From: an uncultured bacterium
Lineage (GTDB): Bacteria > Auribacterota > Erginobacteria > Erginobacterales > Erginobacteraceae
NCBI GenBank assembly: GCA_963822585.1
Contig: CAWGIE010000035.1
Location: forward strand, 160,001 to 224,000
Length of the DNA stretch: 64,000 nucleotides
Direction of reading: 5' to 3'
Part shown: positions 20,424-31,198 of the stretch, in pieces
Position numbering within the stretch: position 1 is the first letter of the stretch
How the letters are laid out: every line of letters starts with the position of its first letter
Translations under genes and position numbers: made by a program
Notes under the pieces: model-generated
The model's input: the letters and a program-made list of their open reading frames with translations, nothing else
Told to the model about the DNA's origin: nothing
The model's database searches: none

Positions 20424-21314
20424 TCAACATATTGCATCTCGGCGTGCAGCCCACTGCGTATATTCACGAGAGAACGCATTCTCTGTGTCGCTAACATATT
20501 GTGATAATTCTGATTCGGAATGAACCGAGGGCCCACGAGCACGGATAATATTTATTTCGTTAGTAGTCAATGCATAAGAGGTTGAAAGATCAGAGAATCG
20601 CTTTGCCTGTAACCAAGACACTGCCGATACAGCACCGACGGCGAGCACTTCCGTCGGTAGGTATCTCCAACCAAAAAAACGAATACGAAGTAAGGCACAG
20701 AATATCGCCAAGGCGTTAAGCCCCACAACAATGAAGAACCAATGATTCCCGGCCGCTTTGTTAAACCTTGCTTTTCGGAGATACCACATTCCTTGTTCTG
20801 AGACTCTGTTCAAAATGTAGAAGGAAAGCCTTTCATTGACTGGCAAAGCTCTGATATTCTTCATTGCTGAGCTTATTGCGTCGTGTGACGCGGACTCATC
20901 GCAGAGTTCTTTTGTAACTTCGCTGTTCTCGGTCAATATCTCCTGCAGGTCAGCAAGGAAAATTTCATCGCATTGTTCTTCGTCAACGTTGTATGGTTTG
21001 CAATGCATCATGTAACGCCACGTCCGCGTCTTTACTGATTCGGCAACAGCTCTAGCGCTATACCAAGTGCGATCAAAGCGTTTCCATGCAAGTAAGCCCG
21101 CCAGCAAAAGCGAACAGAGAAGCATGAAGGCGGTAATGAGATTTGGAAAGGGTGATACATCAGAGAAAAGGCTGGCGGTTGCACCAAGAATGAGGAGACT
21201 CAAGAACCAACCAAGTGTGCGAAAATACGAACTCTGAGCCCTTAGTGACTCTGCATCAGCAGCTTGGAAAAGCCCGGGAAAGTCACTGTCTACAAACGCT
21301 ATTTGTTCATCCAT
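20424..21314 (-). CDS. SLATT-domain (DUF4231-like, tandem) membrane effector
   Basis: FPGLFQAAD..S..AQ, WYSARAVAESVKT, two TM pairs, ENAFSREYTQW. Confidence 0.85.
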   Translation of the reverse strand: MDEQIAFVDSDFPGLFQAADAESLRAQSSYFRTLGWFLSLLILGATASLFSDVSPFPNLITAFMLLCSLLLAGLLAWKRFDRTWYSARAVAESVKTRTWRYMMHCKPYNVDEEQCDEIFLADLQEILTENSEVTKELCDESASHDAISSAMKNIRALPVNERLSFYILNRVSEQGMWYLRKARFNKAAGNHWFFIVVGLNALAIFCALLRIRFFGWRYLPTEVLAVGAVSAVSWLQAKRFSDLSTSYALTTNEINIIRARGPSVHSESELSQYVSDTENAFSREYTQWAARRDAIC

Positions 21315-21468
21315 GATTCTAGCACTTTAGCAATTTTGATGGACTGTCATGAGCGCAAATATTTGTATTTTTGATTAATAATGTTTTTGTCCTTTTAGCT
21401 AAGCACATTACTACGCCTAGTGGTATTGTTATTTTCCCGGCAACGGCGAGTTGAACTAAGCAGTCGAT

Positions 21469-22798
21469 TTAGTCGGGTCGCCGCTTCTCAGCAGCCTTGA
21501 GCAACTCCTGTTCAATCGTTCGAATCCAATCCACGTTCTTTCCTCACTCCCTAGTTTCAATTATCATCCCGATGTTCCTAGCAGTTGTCTCTGGCTCCCA
21601 GGGCTCTAACGGTCCTTAATGCATCCGCTAGGTATTTTGACGCCATGGTCTCGTCACGCGAAAGCACCGATAGTTCCAGCAACGTGGCATAATCCCAATA
21701 GTCAGGATTCTTCCCTTCGAGCCGCCGCTGAACACCGTACCTAACTACAGGTATAAGGACTTTTTGACGTGAGTCGGGCGGATCTTCCATTTCCATAAGA
21801 GTCACGGCGTTCACGCCGGGGTAAGCGTCCCTCCAGTCAGCTTCGAACCCTTGCAGATAGACATCTATCGCTTTCTTGAGGTATGCGGGTGCAGCGGCGT
21901 CCCCAGAGGCACAAGCCTTCTGCCATTGATCTTTATAAACCCTTCCAAGTATCCCATTTGTTTCGCTACTTGGTCCGTAGTTGTCGATGAGTTCGAGTAG
22001 AGTGGTCTCTGCTTCTTCGTGCCGCCCAAGGCGATTGAGCGCAAACCCCAGTTGTTCTTGAACCAAAATCATTCGCCGTAACGGAGCAGACATCCTTTCT
22101 GCTAGTTGAACCATGCCATTCCAGTCCTCTACGGCACGGTACGACAGTAAGAGGTCAATAACGATGGCCGGATTGGCATCTACAATGTTTATTTCTCCCT
22201 CAACTTTAGACACCGCATCAGGACCAGCTCGTCGCGCCCTATACAAACGCTCTTTCATTTTCTTAGAATACTCAACCCTGTCTCGAAAACTATCTGTCTT
22301 GAGACGTTGAATATCGGGCCGTGGCATATCCGCAACAAGTTGGTACAATGGACTATCATCAGAAGGATTTCGACAAACCTTGAGCCTTTCAGTCAGCTCT
22401 CTCCTAGCTCGACCTGGATCAACTGGATGTCCAATACGATCAATTTCGTATAGTATCGCCCGTAACGGCGAGACGTCGAAAGGCAACCGCATACCGATAG
22501 CGGCCATCAGAACAGTGCTGTAAGGGCGCACACCATGTCGGATGCCCAATTCGTAAAAAACATTCGCATTTGCTGTAGTCAGGTCAGCGACTGCATAATC
22601 GCACATCATCAGTCTTTCAAACATAGGCTTGTGAATTATGCCACCGAGAATCTCTTCGTCGGCACGTATCGGTTCAAGGTCTGCATCGTCAATAGCGGGC
22701 ATTATTATGTCTTGGTAAACACAGTCAAAGTCGACAATTTTCCCGCTTTTATCTGATTTCTCACCAAAAGGCATTAAAACGAAGCAGTATGGTTTCAT
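21469..22798 (-). CDS. DUF4071/TPR-S protein with N-terminal nucleoside-deoxyribosyltransferase-like domain (C-terminal frameshift)
   Basis: CFVLMPFG..PIRADEE..ADLTTANANVFYELGIRH; SETNGILGRVYKD; YPGVNAVTL; DYWDYAT. Confidence 0.85.
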
Positions 22799-22808
22799 AA
22801 TACCGGGC

Positions 22809-23201
22809 TCATCGCGTAGCTATATCCTGAAGCCGTTCCTCACTCCAAGGATGCAAGTAGATTCCATTTTCTTCTAGCACCTTAGGTTTCGTTCCACTCG
22901 TATCCTTCAACCGGATGGCATATACAGACTTGCTATTTTCCAATGTCATCTCAACCTCTTCTCGCACCCAGCGGCTCCGATGTGTGCGTTCCCCAACAAA
23001 CACGATTGTTCTAGACGTTCCACTCATTGCCTTCGATATGGCTTGCCTTATTACGGAGACGTCATTCGTGTCCCATCTCTTTAATAAATCTTTGACTCGA
23101 AAGTTTAAATTAGCGTATCCAGGGTTGACAGCTCGTCCTTTAATAGTCAGAACGACTCCTCGATCCGCCTCCGTAAAACTAAAGAACACTATATTAGACA
23201 T
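22809..23201 (-). CDS. ThsB-like TIR-domain protein
   Basis: VFFSF..TSRTIVFVGERTHRSRWVREEV. Confidence 0.85.
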   Translation of the reverse strand: MSNIVFFSFTEADRGVVLTIKGRAVNPGYANLNFRVKDLLKRWDTNDVSVIRQAISKAMSGTSRTIVFVGERTHRSRWVREEVEMTLENSKSVYAIRLKDTSGTKPKVLEENGIYLHPWSEERLQDIATR

Positions 23202-23330
23202 TACATCCTCCTCTTCATTGTTTTCAAGTGGATTTTCGCCGATCGTCGCAGTGTGCCGCTTAACCGGTTTTGATCAACCCAACTTGTCGTTAATGCAACC
23301 GAAGGCAGCACTAAACTATTGATTATAAAA

Positions 23331-23514
23331 ATCAGGGTAAAACCTCGACTATTGACAGATATAGATTAATTAACGGCTACGAAATACCGGAATCGATCCT
23401 GCAATATTTTAAAAAATGCGCCTCACAATACTGCCGCATTCTCGGCCTCAAGCGGATGACTAGGATACAGTAAATTATCCTAGTTTCTGTCAGTAGTCGA
23501 GGTTTGCCCCTGAT
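23331..23514. repeat. Family A copy
   Basis: Full-length match; contains the stop codon of the 23480..24616 ORF. Confidence 0.9.
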
Positions 23515-24616
23515 CCTTTTTGGGGAATCCATAAATTTTAAAAAAATTGTCTTTAAAATGAAAGTTCCCCAGTTTTTGCCCGATCTTACTCCTGATCTTA
23601 ATAATTTCTTCTACGGTTATATCAGAGTCTTTAAATGCTTCCATGATTTCATCTCGAATAGACATATAGAATTCTTTTGTTAATAATCCATCATCAATTT
23701 CACTCTCAGGATTAAAAAAATTCAGAACTGTTTGCTTAGAAAACCTGGCAGCACGGATAAATTTCTCCATTTCAGTTCTTATCCGATCCACCTCTTCCGG
23801 GACTAAGTGGCTTATTACTAGCTTTACTTTATATTTCTGACCGTTTATCAAAAGGTCATATTCAACAATACTCTCTGAATCTCTTCCAGAAGGGATATTG
23901 CCGAAAAAATCTCGGACGGAGCTTTTCCCATCCATCCTCTTACCTTGTTTATCGATATCCCGTTTTCGGAGTTTAACAGTCTCTATTCCCTGAATCGCCT
24001 GGATAAATTTCATTATCAATTCATCCCCGGACAACCTACCCTTGCCGATTACTTCGCCAGCCGGATCATAAAGGTAGAGAATTGATTCTTCGACATCAAA
24101 ATTCCCTCTCTCTACTACATCCCCATTTTTTTGGATAAAAATCAGCTTAAAATAGCTGTCTTCTATTGCTTCTCCTAACCAGGTCATAATTATTTTTACA
24201 GAATTTATTTCCTCCGATTCAGGATAAATCTCGAATGAGTTCCAGGTGCCAAAAAACGCATGCCTCTTATCTTCTTTACAGGGATCGGCTGAGTAAATCC
24301 TTACAGTTGTCATGGTTGTATTATTTTCAACCGTACGCTTGCTCTTATTTTGAGAACGCTGCCTAACAATCCAGGGGGATGGAGGCTTACGCTTGGGCAA
24401 AACATAGGCCGCGCCACAGCCGGGACATATTCCTTCTTTTTGAGTAACCGGTATTTCAAATGCTTTGTGACATCTCCAACACTTCAGTTCCTTAACGGAC
24501 TGCTCATTGGGAGTCTGTTCCGAAAAAGAAGGGCCATTAATGAAGAGGATGCACCCAAATAAAAAGAACAATAGAATTACTATGACCAATTTATTCATTG
24601 TATGTTTCCAGAACAT
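23480..24616 (-). CDS. Hypothetical exported protein with CxxC..CxxC zinc ribbon
   Basis: N-terminal hydrophobic segment; CWRC..CPGC. Confidence 0.65.
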   Translation of the reverse strand: MFWKHTMNKLVIVILLFFLFGCILFINGPSFSEQTPNEQSVKELKCWRCHKAFEIPVTQKEGICPGCGAAYVLPKRKPPSPWIVRQRSQNKSKRTVENNTTMTTVRIYSADPCKEDKRHAFFGTWNSFEIYPESEEINSVKIIMTWLGEAIEDSYFKLIFIQKNGDVVERGNFDVEESILYLYDPAGEVIGKGRLSGDELIMKFIQAIQGIETVKLRKRDIDKQGKRMDGKSSVRDFFGNIPSGRDSESIVEYDLLINGQKYKVKLVISHLVPEEVDRIRTEMEKFIRAARFSKQTVLNFFNPESEIDDGLLTKEFYMSIRDEIMEAFKDSDITVEEIIKIRSKIGQKLGNFHFKDNFFKIYGFPKKDQGQTSTTDRN

Positions 24617-24629
24617 TCTGGACAGTTTA

Positions 24630-24682
24630 TGACTGATAAGGATTATTTAACGGCGAAAAACAATCGGAACCGGTCCCGTAAA
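24630..24682. repeat. Family A partial (left core)
   Basis: GATAAGGATTATTTAACGGCGAAAAACAATCGGAACCGGTCCCGTAA. Confidence 0.8.
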
Positions 24683-24743
24683 GTAGTCGAAGTGACCCGG
24701 ATCATTCACCCATTCCATACCAGGGGGCTGTGGGATGTTTACC

Positions 24744-27700
24744 CTATCTCGTTACCGGGATATCCCCAATGGAGCCAAAATAAACTCGACTCACCCCACG
24801 TATTGCCCACAACCCGGACGACCCCCGGAAGATCCCGATGCCATCCCTTCCGTCACCACTGTAATCGGCGGGAAGCGGCTGATCGGAACTACTCCCGAAG
24901 TAGCTCCTCGTGACACCTTTGACGGCCCAGAGGCCTGCCGAGGGTCGGAATATCCCGTAATCCCAAGCGCCATCACCGTCGTAGTCTCCGGGGGATATCG
25001 TGTCTGATGAACCTCCAAAGTAAACCCGGCTGATTCCTCTAATTGCCCATAACCCGGAGCTTGGTCGGAATATGCCGATATCCTTCGTAGCATTACCATC
25101 GTAATACCCCGTGGCTGGTAAATCTGCTGAACTACCAAAGTAAACTCGAGTGATACCCCTGATGGCCCAAAGAGAGTTAGAGGATCTCCATATCCCGCCA
25201 TCTACCGATCCATCCCCGTCATAGTCGCCGGGAATTGGTTGATCGCCGGGTAACCCAAAATAGAACCGCGTGATACCCCGGATAACCCAGAAACCTGAGG
25301 AGCCACGAAAAATCCCGACATCGGTCGTCCCGTTCCCGTCATAATCTCCGGAGACCGGTTCATCGAAGGACTTCCCATAATAAATTCGAGTGATGCCCCG
25401 GATTGCCCATAGCCCTGATGAATCTCTAAAGATAGCTATATCGGAAGTCCCGTCACCATTGTAATCACCGGAATCAAAAGAAGAGGCTTGTTCCGAATCA
25501 AATATTATACTGGCGAGATTATCGCAAGATTGAAAAGCGCTCTCCCCGATACTGGTTACTCTGGCGGGAATTGTTATCTCGGTAAACTCATCACAACTTT
25601 GGAACGCACCATCCCCGATCGTGGTTACACTGACAGGAATTGTTAATTCGGGCAAGTTTCCACAATGACTGAACGCATAATTCTCAATAATGGCAACACT
25701 GTTGGGAATCGTTACGCCGGTCAGATCATAACAATAAGCAAAAGCATACTCCCCGATGGTAGTAACACTTTCGGGAATCGTATAATACCCGGATTTGCCG
25801 GCTGGGCATTGAACGAGAGTTGACTGATTTTTATTGAACAGTACCCCATCCACGCTGCTGTAGCTGGCATTGCCTGGATCCACCGTAATTGAGGTCAGGT
25901 TATCGCAATTTTGAAAAGCCCCGGCCTCAATGCTGGAGACGCTTGACGGTATTGTTACACTGATTAAACTATTACAACGATAAAAAGCATTGGCCCCGAT
26001 CGTGTTAATTCCCTCAGAAATTGTTAGGTTGGTTAGATCGTAGCAATATCTGAAAGCACCCTCGCCGATACTGGTTACGCTGGAAGGAATTGTTATCTCG
26101 GTCAAATCTCCACAGGACCTAAAAGCTTCCTCCCCGATACTGGTTACGCTAGTGGGGATTGTCACCTCAGTCAACCAAGTACAACTGTAGAATGCATTAT
26201 CCTCAATACTGGTAACACTGTTAGGGATCGTTACACCCGTCAGATCGTCACAATCAGCAAAAGCTCTCTCCCCTATGGTGGAAACACTATCGGGAATCGT
26301 ATAGTGCCCGGATTTGCCAGCGGGATATTGGATGAGGGTGGTTTGATCCTTGTTGAACAGTACGCCATCCACGCTGATGAAGTTGGGATTGTCCGGATTC
26401 ACCATAATCGAGGTCAGTCTCTCGCAGTTTTGAAAAGCCCCGGCCTCAATACTGGAGACACTTGCCGGGATCATTATGCTGACCAAGCGATCGCAGCTTG
26501 AAAAAGCTTTGGTTCCGATAATACGAATCCCTTCAGAAATAGTTAAACTGGCCAATTTGCTACAACCGGTGAAAGCACTCTCCCCGATACTGGTTACGCT
26601 GGAAGGAATTGTTACCTCGGTCAACCCATCACAACTGCAGAACGCATCCTCTTCAATACTGACAACACCGTTGGGAATAATCATGCTGGTCAGGACGTTA
26701 CACTCCAAGAAGGCGCTGGTCTTAATGGTGGTGACACTGGAAGGAATCGTAACCCCGTCCAGGCGGTTGCACTCAACAAAAGCCCCCTCCCCGATGGCGG
26801 TAACAGTATCGGGAATCGTATAGTGTCCGGATTTGCCGGCTGGGTACTGGACGAGAGTTGACTGATCTTTGTTGAACAGCACGCCATCCACACTGCTGTA
26901 GTTGGCATTGCCTGAGTCCACCGTAATTGAGATCAAATCATTGCAACCACCAAAAGCCTCGGTCTCGATACTGGAGACACTTGCCGGAATCATCACGCTG
27001 GTCAAATTAGCACAGTTGTAAAAAGCGTTGGCTCTGATTGAAGTAGTTCCCTCGAAAAGCATTATATCGGCCACCCAGTAACAAGATGCGAAAGCACTCT
27101 CCCCAATGCTTATGACATTGGGTGGGATAAGTATCCAGCTCAATCCATCACATCCGAAGAACGACCAATCTCCAATATTGATAACAGTGTAGGGGAGCCA
27201 CATCTGGCTCAGACCGTCACAACCAACAAAAGCATACTCCCCGATGGTAGTAACACTGTTGGGGATTCCCACCTCGCTTAGACCGTAACAATGTAGAAAA
27301 GCACCCTCCCCGATGGTAGTAACACCATTGGGAATCATATAGTACCCCGATTTACCCGCGGGGTACTGGATAAGGTTGGTTTGATTCCTGTTGAACAGCA
27401 CGCCATCCTCGCTGCTATAGTTGGGATTACCCGGATTTACCTTAATCGAGGTCAGACTATTACAGCCTTGAAAAGGCCCGGCTTCAATATTGAGGATTCC
27501 TGTCGGAATCATTACACTGGTCAAGTTATCACAGTTGAAGAAAGCGTGAGCCCCGATCGTGGTAGTCCCCGTGGAAACAGTTCGATTGGCCAATTTCCAG
27601 TCGCGATTGAATCTATCCATATTGCCAGCCCTATCTGTAGGAATAATCGATACGGGCAAATCGAAGCCACGGGAAAACTCTCTATCTTCAATTATAATAG

Positions 27701-28315
27701 TTCTCCCGAGAAAGGCGATATTGGTTAGATTGCTGCAACCGGTGAATGTTGATTTGCCAAGAACGTCAACGCCGGCCGGTATGGTAATATCAGGCAGGTT
27801 CTTACAGCCCCGAAAAGCCGAGGCCCCAATCGTGGTGACGCCAGTACCTATAGTAACGTCTCTTAGGTTTTTACATTTATCGAAGGCACCGTTCCCGATA
27901 ATCTCCACATTGTCTGGAATTTTAATGCCGGATAATTTCTTGCATAAGGCGAATGATTTATTACCAATGCTGATAAGGTTGTTGCGACACTGACGCCGGT
28001 CGATTCGTCACACCGGTAAAACGCATAGTTCCCTACCCTGGTGACGCTATCGGGAATTTCGACGCTGATCAGATCCGTACGAAAATTAAAAGCATAGTCT
28101 CCGATAGTAGTAACAGGTAGGCTCCCAATCGTGTCCGGGATAGTCACATTTCCACCGGGGCCAATGTAATTAGTAATGGTGATCTCGCCGGAATCGGTCG
28201 TGTAATTGAAATCACCGGAATTGTTGGCTAAAAGAATTGGCGCACTAACCAATTTAAAAATACCAACAAAAAGCAATGACTTCCCGGTTTTATTAAGTAT
28301 GCTTCTCACTAACAT
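24744..28315 (-). CDS. BspA-type leucine-rich-repeat surface protein with C-terminal FG-GAP-like repeats (frameshift near 27990)
   Basis: Many IPxSVTxIGExAFxxC repeats; YSSxDGVLFNK inserts; GDYNGDGTSDIAIFR tail; N-terminus in ORF 27863..28609. Confidence 0.9.
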
Positions 28316-28381
28316 CCCCTTATAAACTGAATATGGAGCTTCCCCCCAATTATTGGACAGCTCCAAGAAAACAGCAAAAAA

Positions 28382-28564
28382 ATCAGGGTCAACCCCGACT
28401 ATTGAAAGATAAGAATTATTCAACGGCGAAAAACTATCGGAACTGGTCCCGTAATATTTCGAAAAACTCGCTTTAGAAGTCTGCCGCATTCCCGGCCTCA
28501 AGTGGATGATTATGATGCAGGAAATTATTCTAGTTTCTGTCAATAGTCGAGGTTTGACCCTGAT
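28382..28564. repeat. Family A copy (plus partial copy 28573-28628)
   Basis: Full-length match. Confidence 0.9.
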
Positions 28565-28658
28565 CCTTTTTCCGTAATATTTCGAAAAACTCGTCTCCCA
28601 TTTTGTCAATGGTCAAGGTTTTCCCCTGTTTCTTTTCGTGTCGATGCTCTGATTAGGT

Positions 28659-29953
28659 CTAATCTTTCTTCAATGCAATCTGCTCCGCGATACGGGCTAT
28701 GATTGGAATGTAGCGCTCAATACGGCAGCTGTTTGCTCTCGTAGGCAAAATGACGTTGCATTGTCTGCGTTCGCGCGCATGAACTAAGCAATTACGAATC
28801 TTCGTCAGCTGCTCGAAAAGTTTTGGCATCCACATTGCAGCCCAAGCAGTGGATGTAGTGTCGGATGAGATGAGAGCTGGCAGGATAAAGCCCCCGTCAA
28901 AATGGACCTCAGCACAGAAGAAGTCCTTGTCATTCTCGATCTCAGCCACAGGGCATTTGGATCGCAGCACTCTTCCACAACTTTCTTCATTCTGCCTTCT
29001 TCGTTGTGTGCTAGGTCAGAGAGCACAGCAAAGAGATCATGCATTTTGTCTTCTGGGCACGTGATCATTGATGGGTCTCTGAGGAACGATTTCAGCGCTT
29101 TGCGCGCTTTCTCGTCAATGAAGTAGAATCCAGCATACTCGATCACCTGAAAATAGTATATAAAGGCAAACCTTGGGCTGGTTTGCTGCGCAACATCAAT
29201 TAGTTGAAGCAGGAACTCGTCGATCCCCTTTAGAGATAACGCTGTGGGAAACGAGTCGGTGCAGAACCGCCGCCATTCGGCGTGGTCATGGAATTTGTTG
29301 TCCACCTTCTGATTTATCTCGATGAGGGGCGTTTGTCGGTCGTAGTATCGCATGACGAAATTCACATGCTTGGCAATCTGCTCCATATCGACAGATAGGA
29401 CGGGAGAGCTAGGTTTTAAAAAGAAACTGCGAGGAACTCGTTTGGCGAAATAGCGAGACGCATGTTCTGTGAGTTTGTCAAGCCGCTGCACATCCGTGAA
29501 AGCTTCGAGTTGTGGGATAGTCGGTACGCCGCTATCTGGGGGCAACCTGCGAACCCGTTTTGCCAAACGCATGAGACGTTCTGTCGGTTCTGCGAACCGA
29601 CACAGAAACTCATTACCATCAAGATACAGCGTAAACGTACGGTCCAGCTGCGATTGCGAGGGTTCCTTATCGGGTGTGACATACGCGTAGACGAATTCCA
29701 CCTCGTTCGTGTCAACGTGGATGATGGCGTCAAACTGCGAATTGAAAGCTAGATTGTTAAGATCCTTGAGCTCCTCTATCTCTGCCAGATTATATGCAAG
29801 GCGGCAATCTTTCTCTCCCCAAGGGTTCTGTAGGATCAACTGCTCATCCTCAATAGCGAATGTGCAATGAGGATTGTTCTTCTGAAACAGTTTTAGATAT
29901 AGATCCTGTAGAGCAGGCGAACTAGGCTCTTTCACTTCATCGGACTTTGTCAT
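28659..29953 (-). CDS. Hypothetical protein with C-terminal HEPN-like motif (frameshifted)
   Basis: Start MTKSDEVKE after an AAGGA RBS; AFIYYFQVIEY; KIRNCLVHARE in ORF 28659..28970. Confidence 0.7.
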
Positions 29954-29972
29954 ATGTGTTCCTTTTCTCTTG

Positions 29973-30033
29973 CCCCAACACCGCTCTTTAGCGGGCGCTG
30001 CTTTTTGCGATCCGCCGCAAGAGAATGTTAGGT
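29973..30033 (-). other. attC-like integron recombination site
   Basis: ACCTAAC-ATTCTCTTGCGGCGG...CCCGCTAAAGAGCGGT-GTTGGGG; R''/R' boxes and paired L-boxes, 61 bp. Confidence 0.65.
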
Positions 30034-30078
30034 TACTTTGATTATTTTTATAGGCCCTGAAGCACCTTGCCGTCAAAA

Positions 30079-30260
30079 ACCAGGGTAAAACCCGGACTAT
30101 TGGCAGATAAGGATTATTTAACGGCGAAAAACTATCGGAACCGATCACGAAATATTTAGAAAAACTCGCTTCACAATCCTCCCTGTGGCCGCATTCCCTG
30201 CCTCAAGCTGATGATCAGTTTCACCTATGTTGGGGTTTCTACACCTTGGTCTATCTGTCA
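30079..30260. repeat. Family A variant (A') with alternative right arm
   Basis: Left two-thirds match A; right arm CAGTTTCACCTATGTTGGGGTTTCTACACCTTGGTCTATCTGTCAA shared with the 30989 copy. Confidence 0.85.
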
Positions 30261-30266
30261 AAAAAA

Positions 30267-30450
30267 TTCAGGGTCAAACCTCGACTATTGACAGATAAAG
30301 ATTATTTACCGGCGAAAAACTATCGGAACCGGTCCTGTAATATTTCGAAAAACTCGCCTCACAATACAGCCGCATTTTCGCCTTCAAGCGAATGATTATG
30401 ATACAGAAAGTTATTCGAGTTTCTCTCAGTAGTCGAGGTTTGGCCCTGAT
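30267..30450. repeat. Family A copy
   Basis: Full-length match; contains the stop codon of ORF 30426..30950. Confidence 0.9.
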
Positions 30451-30950
30451 CCCTTTTCAGAAAGCCGGTCTTTGCCATTCTTTGCCAAGGCAGATAAATT
30501 AAAATCTTTCAGCCAAGCATAATCCCGCAACCAGTCATTGGGTGCCAAAGCTTCTTTCCCTGTAAGCATATGAATGTCATTGAATTTCTTTTTAATTCTT
30601 TCCTCATGCATTATAAACCATTTATTTTTCAAGTGATTTAAACTATTGGGATCTTCATGAAACCAATATTTAATCCAACGTATATTTTCGATTTCACGTT
30701 TTTTTTCGAAATGGGAATTAATCATTTTCCAAAGAACTAATCCAAAATATAAAAGTCCAACAGCCGCTAAGTAGATAAGCCAAAATGGTGTTGACATGGA
30801 TGTATCTCCATAATATTTAGGGGAGTAAGGCTCAACGAAAGCCTTGACAAAAATTATTAGAAGGAGTGATAGAAATAAACCGCCTGCGATGACACCCATC
30901 AGAGATTCATAATCACTCTCGACAAATTTTTCTATATATTTACTGGACAT
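30426..30950 (-). CDS. Two-TM membrane protein
   Basis: Two hydrophobic helices; low GC. Confidence 0.6.
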   Translation of the reverse strand: MSSKYIEKFVESDYESLMGVIAGGLFLSLLLIIFVKAFVEPYSPKYYGDTSMSTPFWLIYLAAVGLLYFGLVLWKMINSHFEKKREIENIRWIKYWFHEDPNSLNHLKNKWFIMHEERIKKKFNDIHMLTGKEALAPNDWLRDYAWLKDFNLSALAKNGKDRLSEKGSGPNLDY

Positions 30951-30988
30951 GTTCTAATCCTCACTAAAATGGCAAAAGTTGGAAAACA

Positions 30989-31190
30989 ATCAGCATAGGA
31001 TCTCAATTATTGACAGATAAGGATTATTTAACGGCGAAAAACTATCGGAACCGGTCCCGTAATATTTCGAAAAACTCGCCTCACAATCCTCCCTGTGGCC
31101 GCATTCCCTGCCTCAAGCTGATGTCAGTTTCACCTATGTTGGGGTTTCTACACCTTGGTCTATCTGTCAAGATGAAAGATTTGACCCCAA
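30989..31190. repeat. Family A variant (A')
   Basis: Ends TGTCAAGATGAAAGATTTGACCCC. Confidence 0.85.
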
Positions 31191-31198
31191 TTCACCAT

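Noticed and set aside
17434..23201. Canonical Thoeris call
   Set aside because: No ThsA-type SIR2-SLOG or Macro effector; the LOG gene at 55909 is 33 kb away in core context
27863..28609. N-terminal extensions of ORFs 27863..28609 and 28805..30148
   Set aside because: They read through family-A or attC DNA; better starts are at 28315 and 29953
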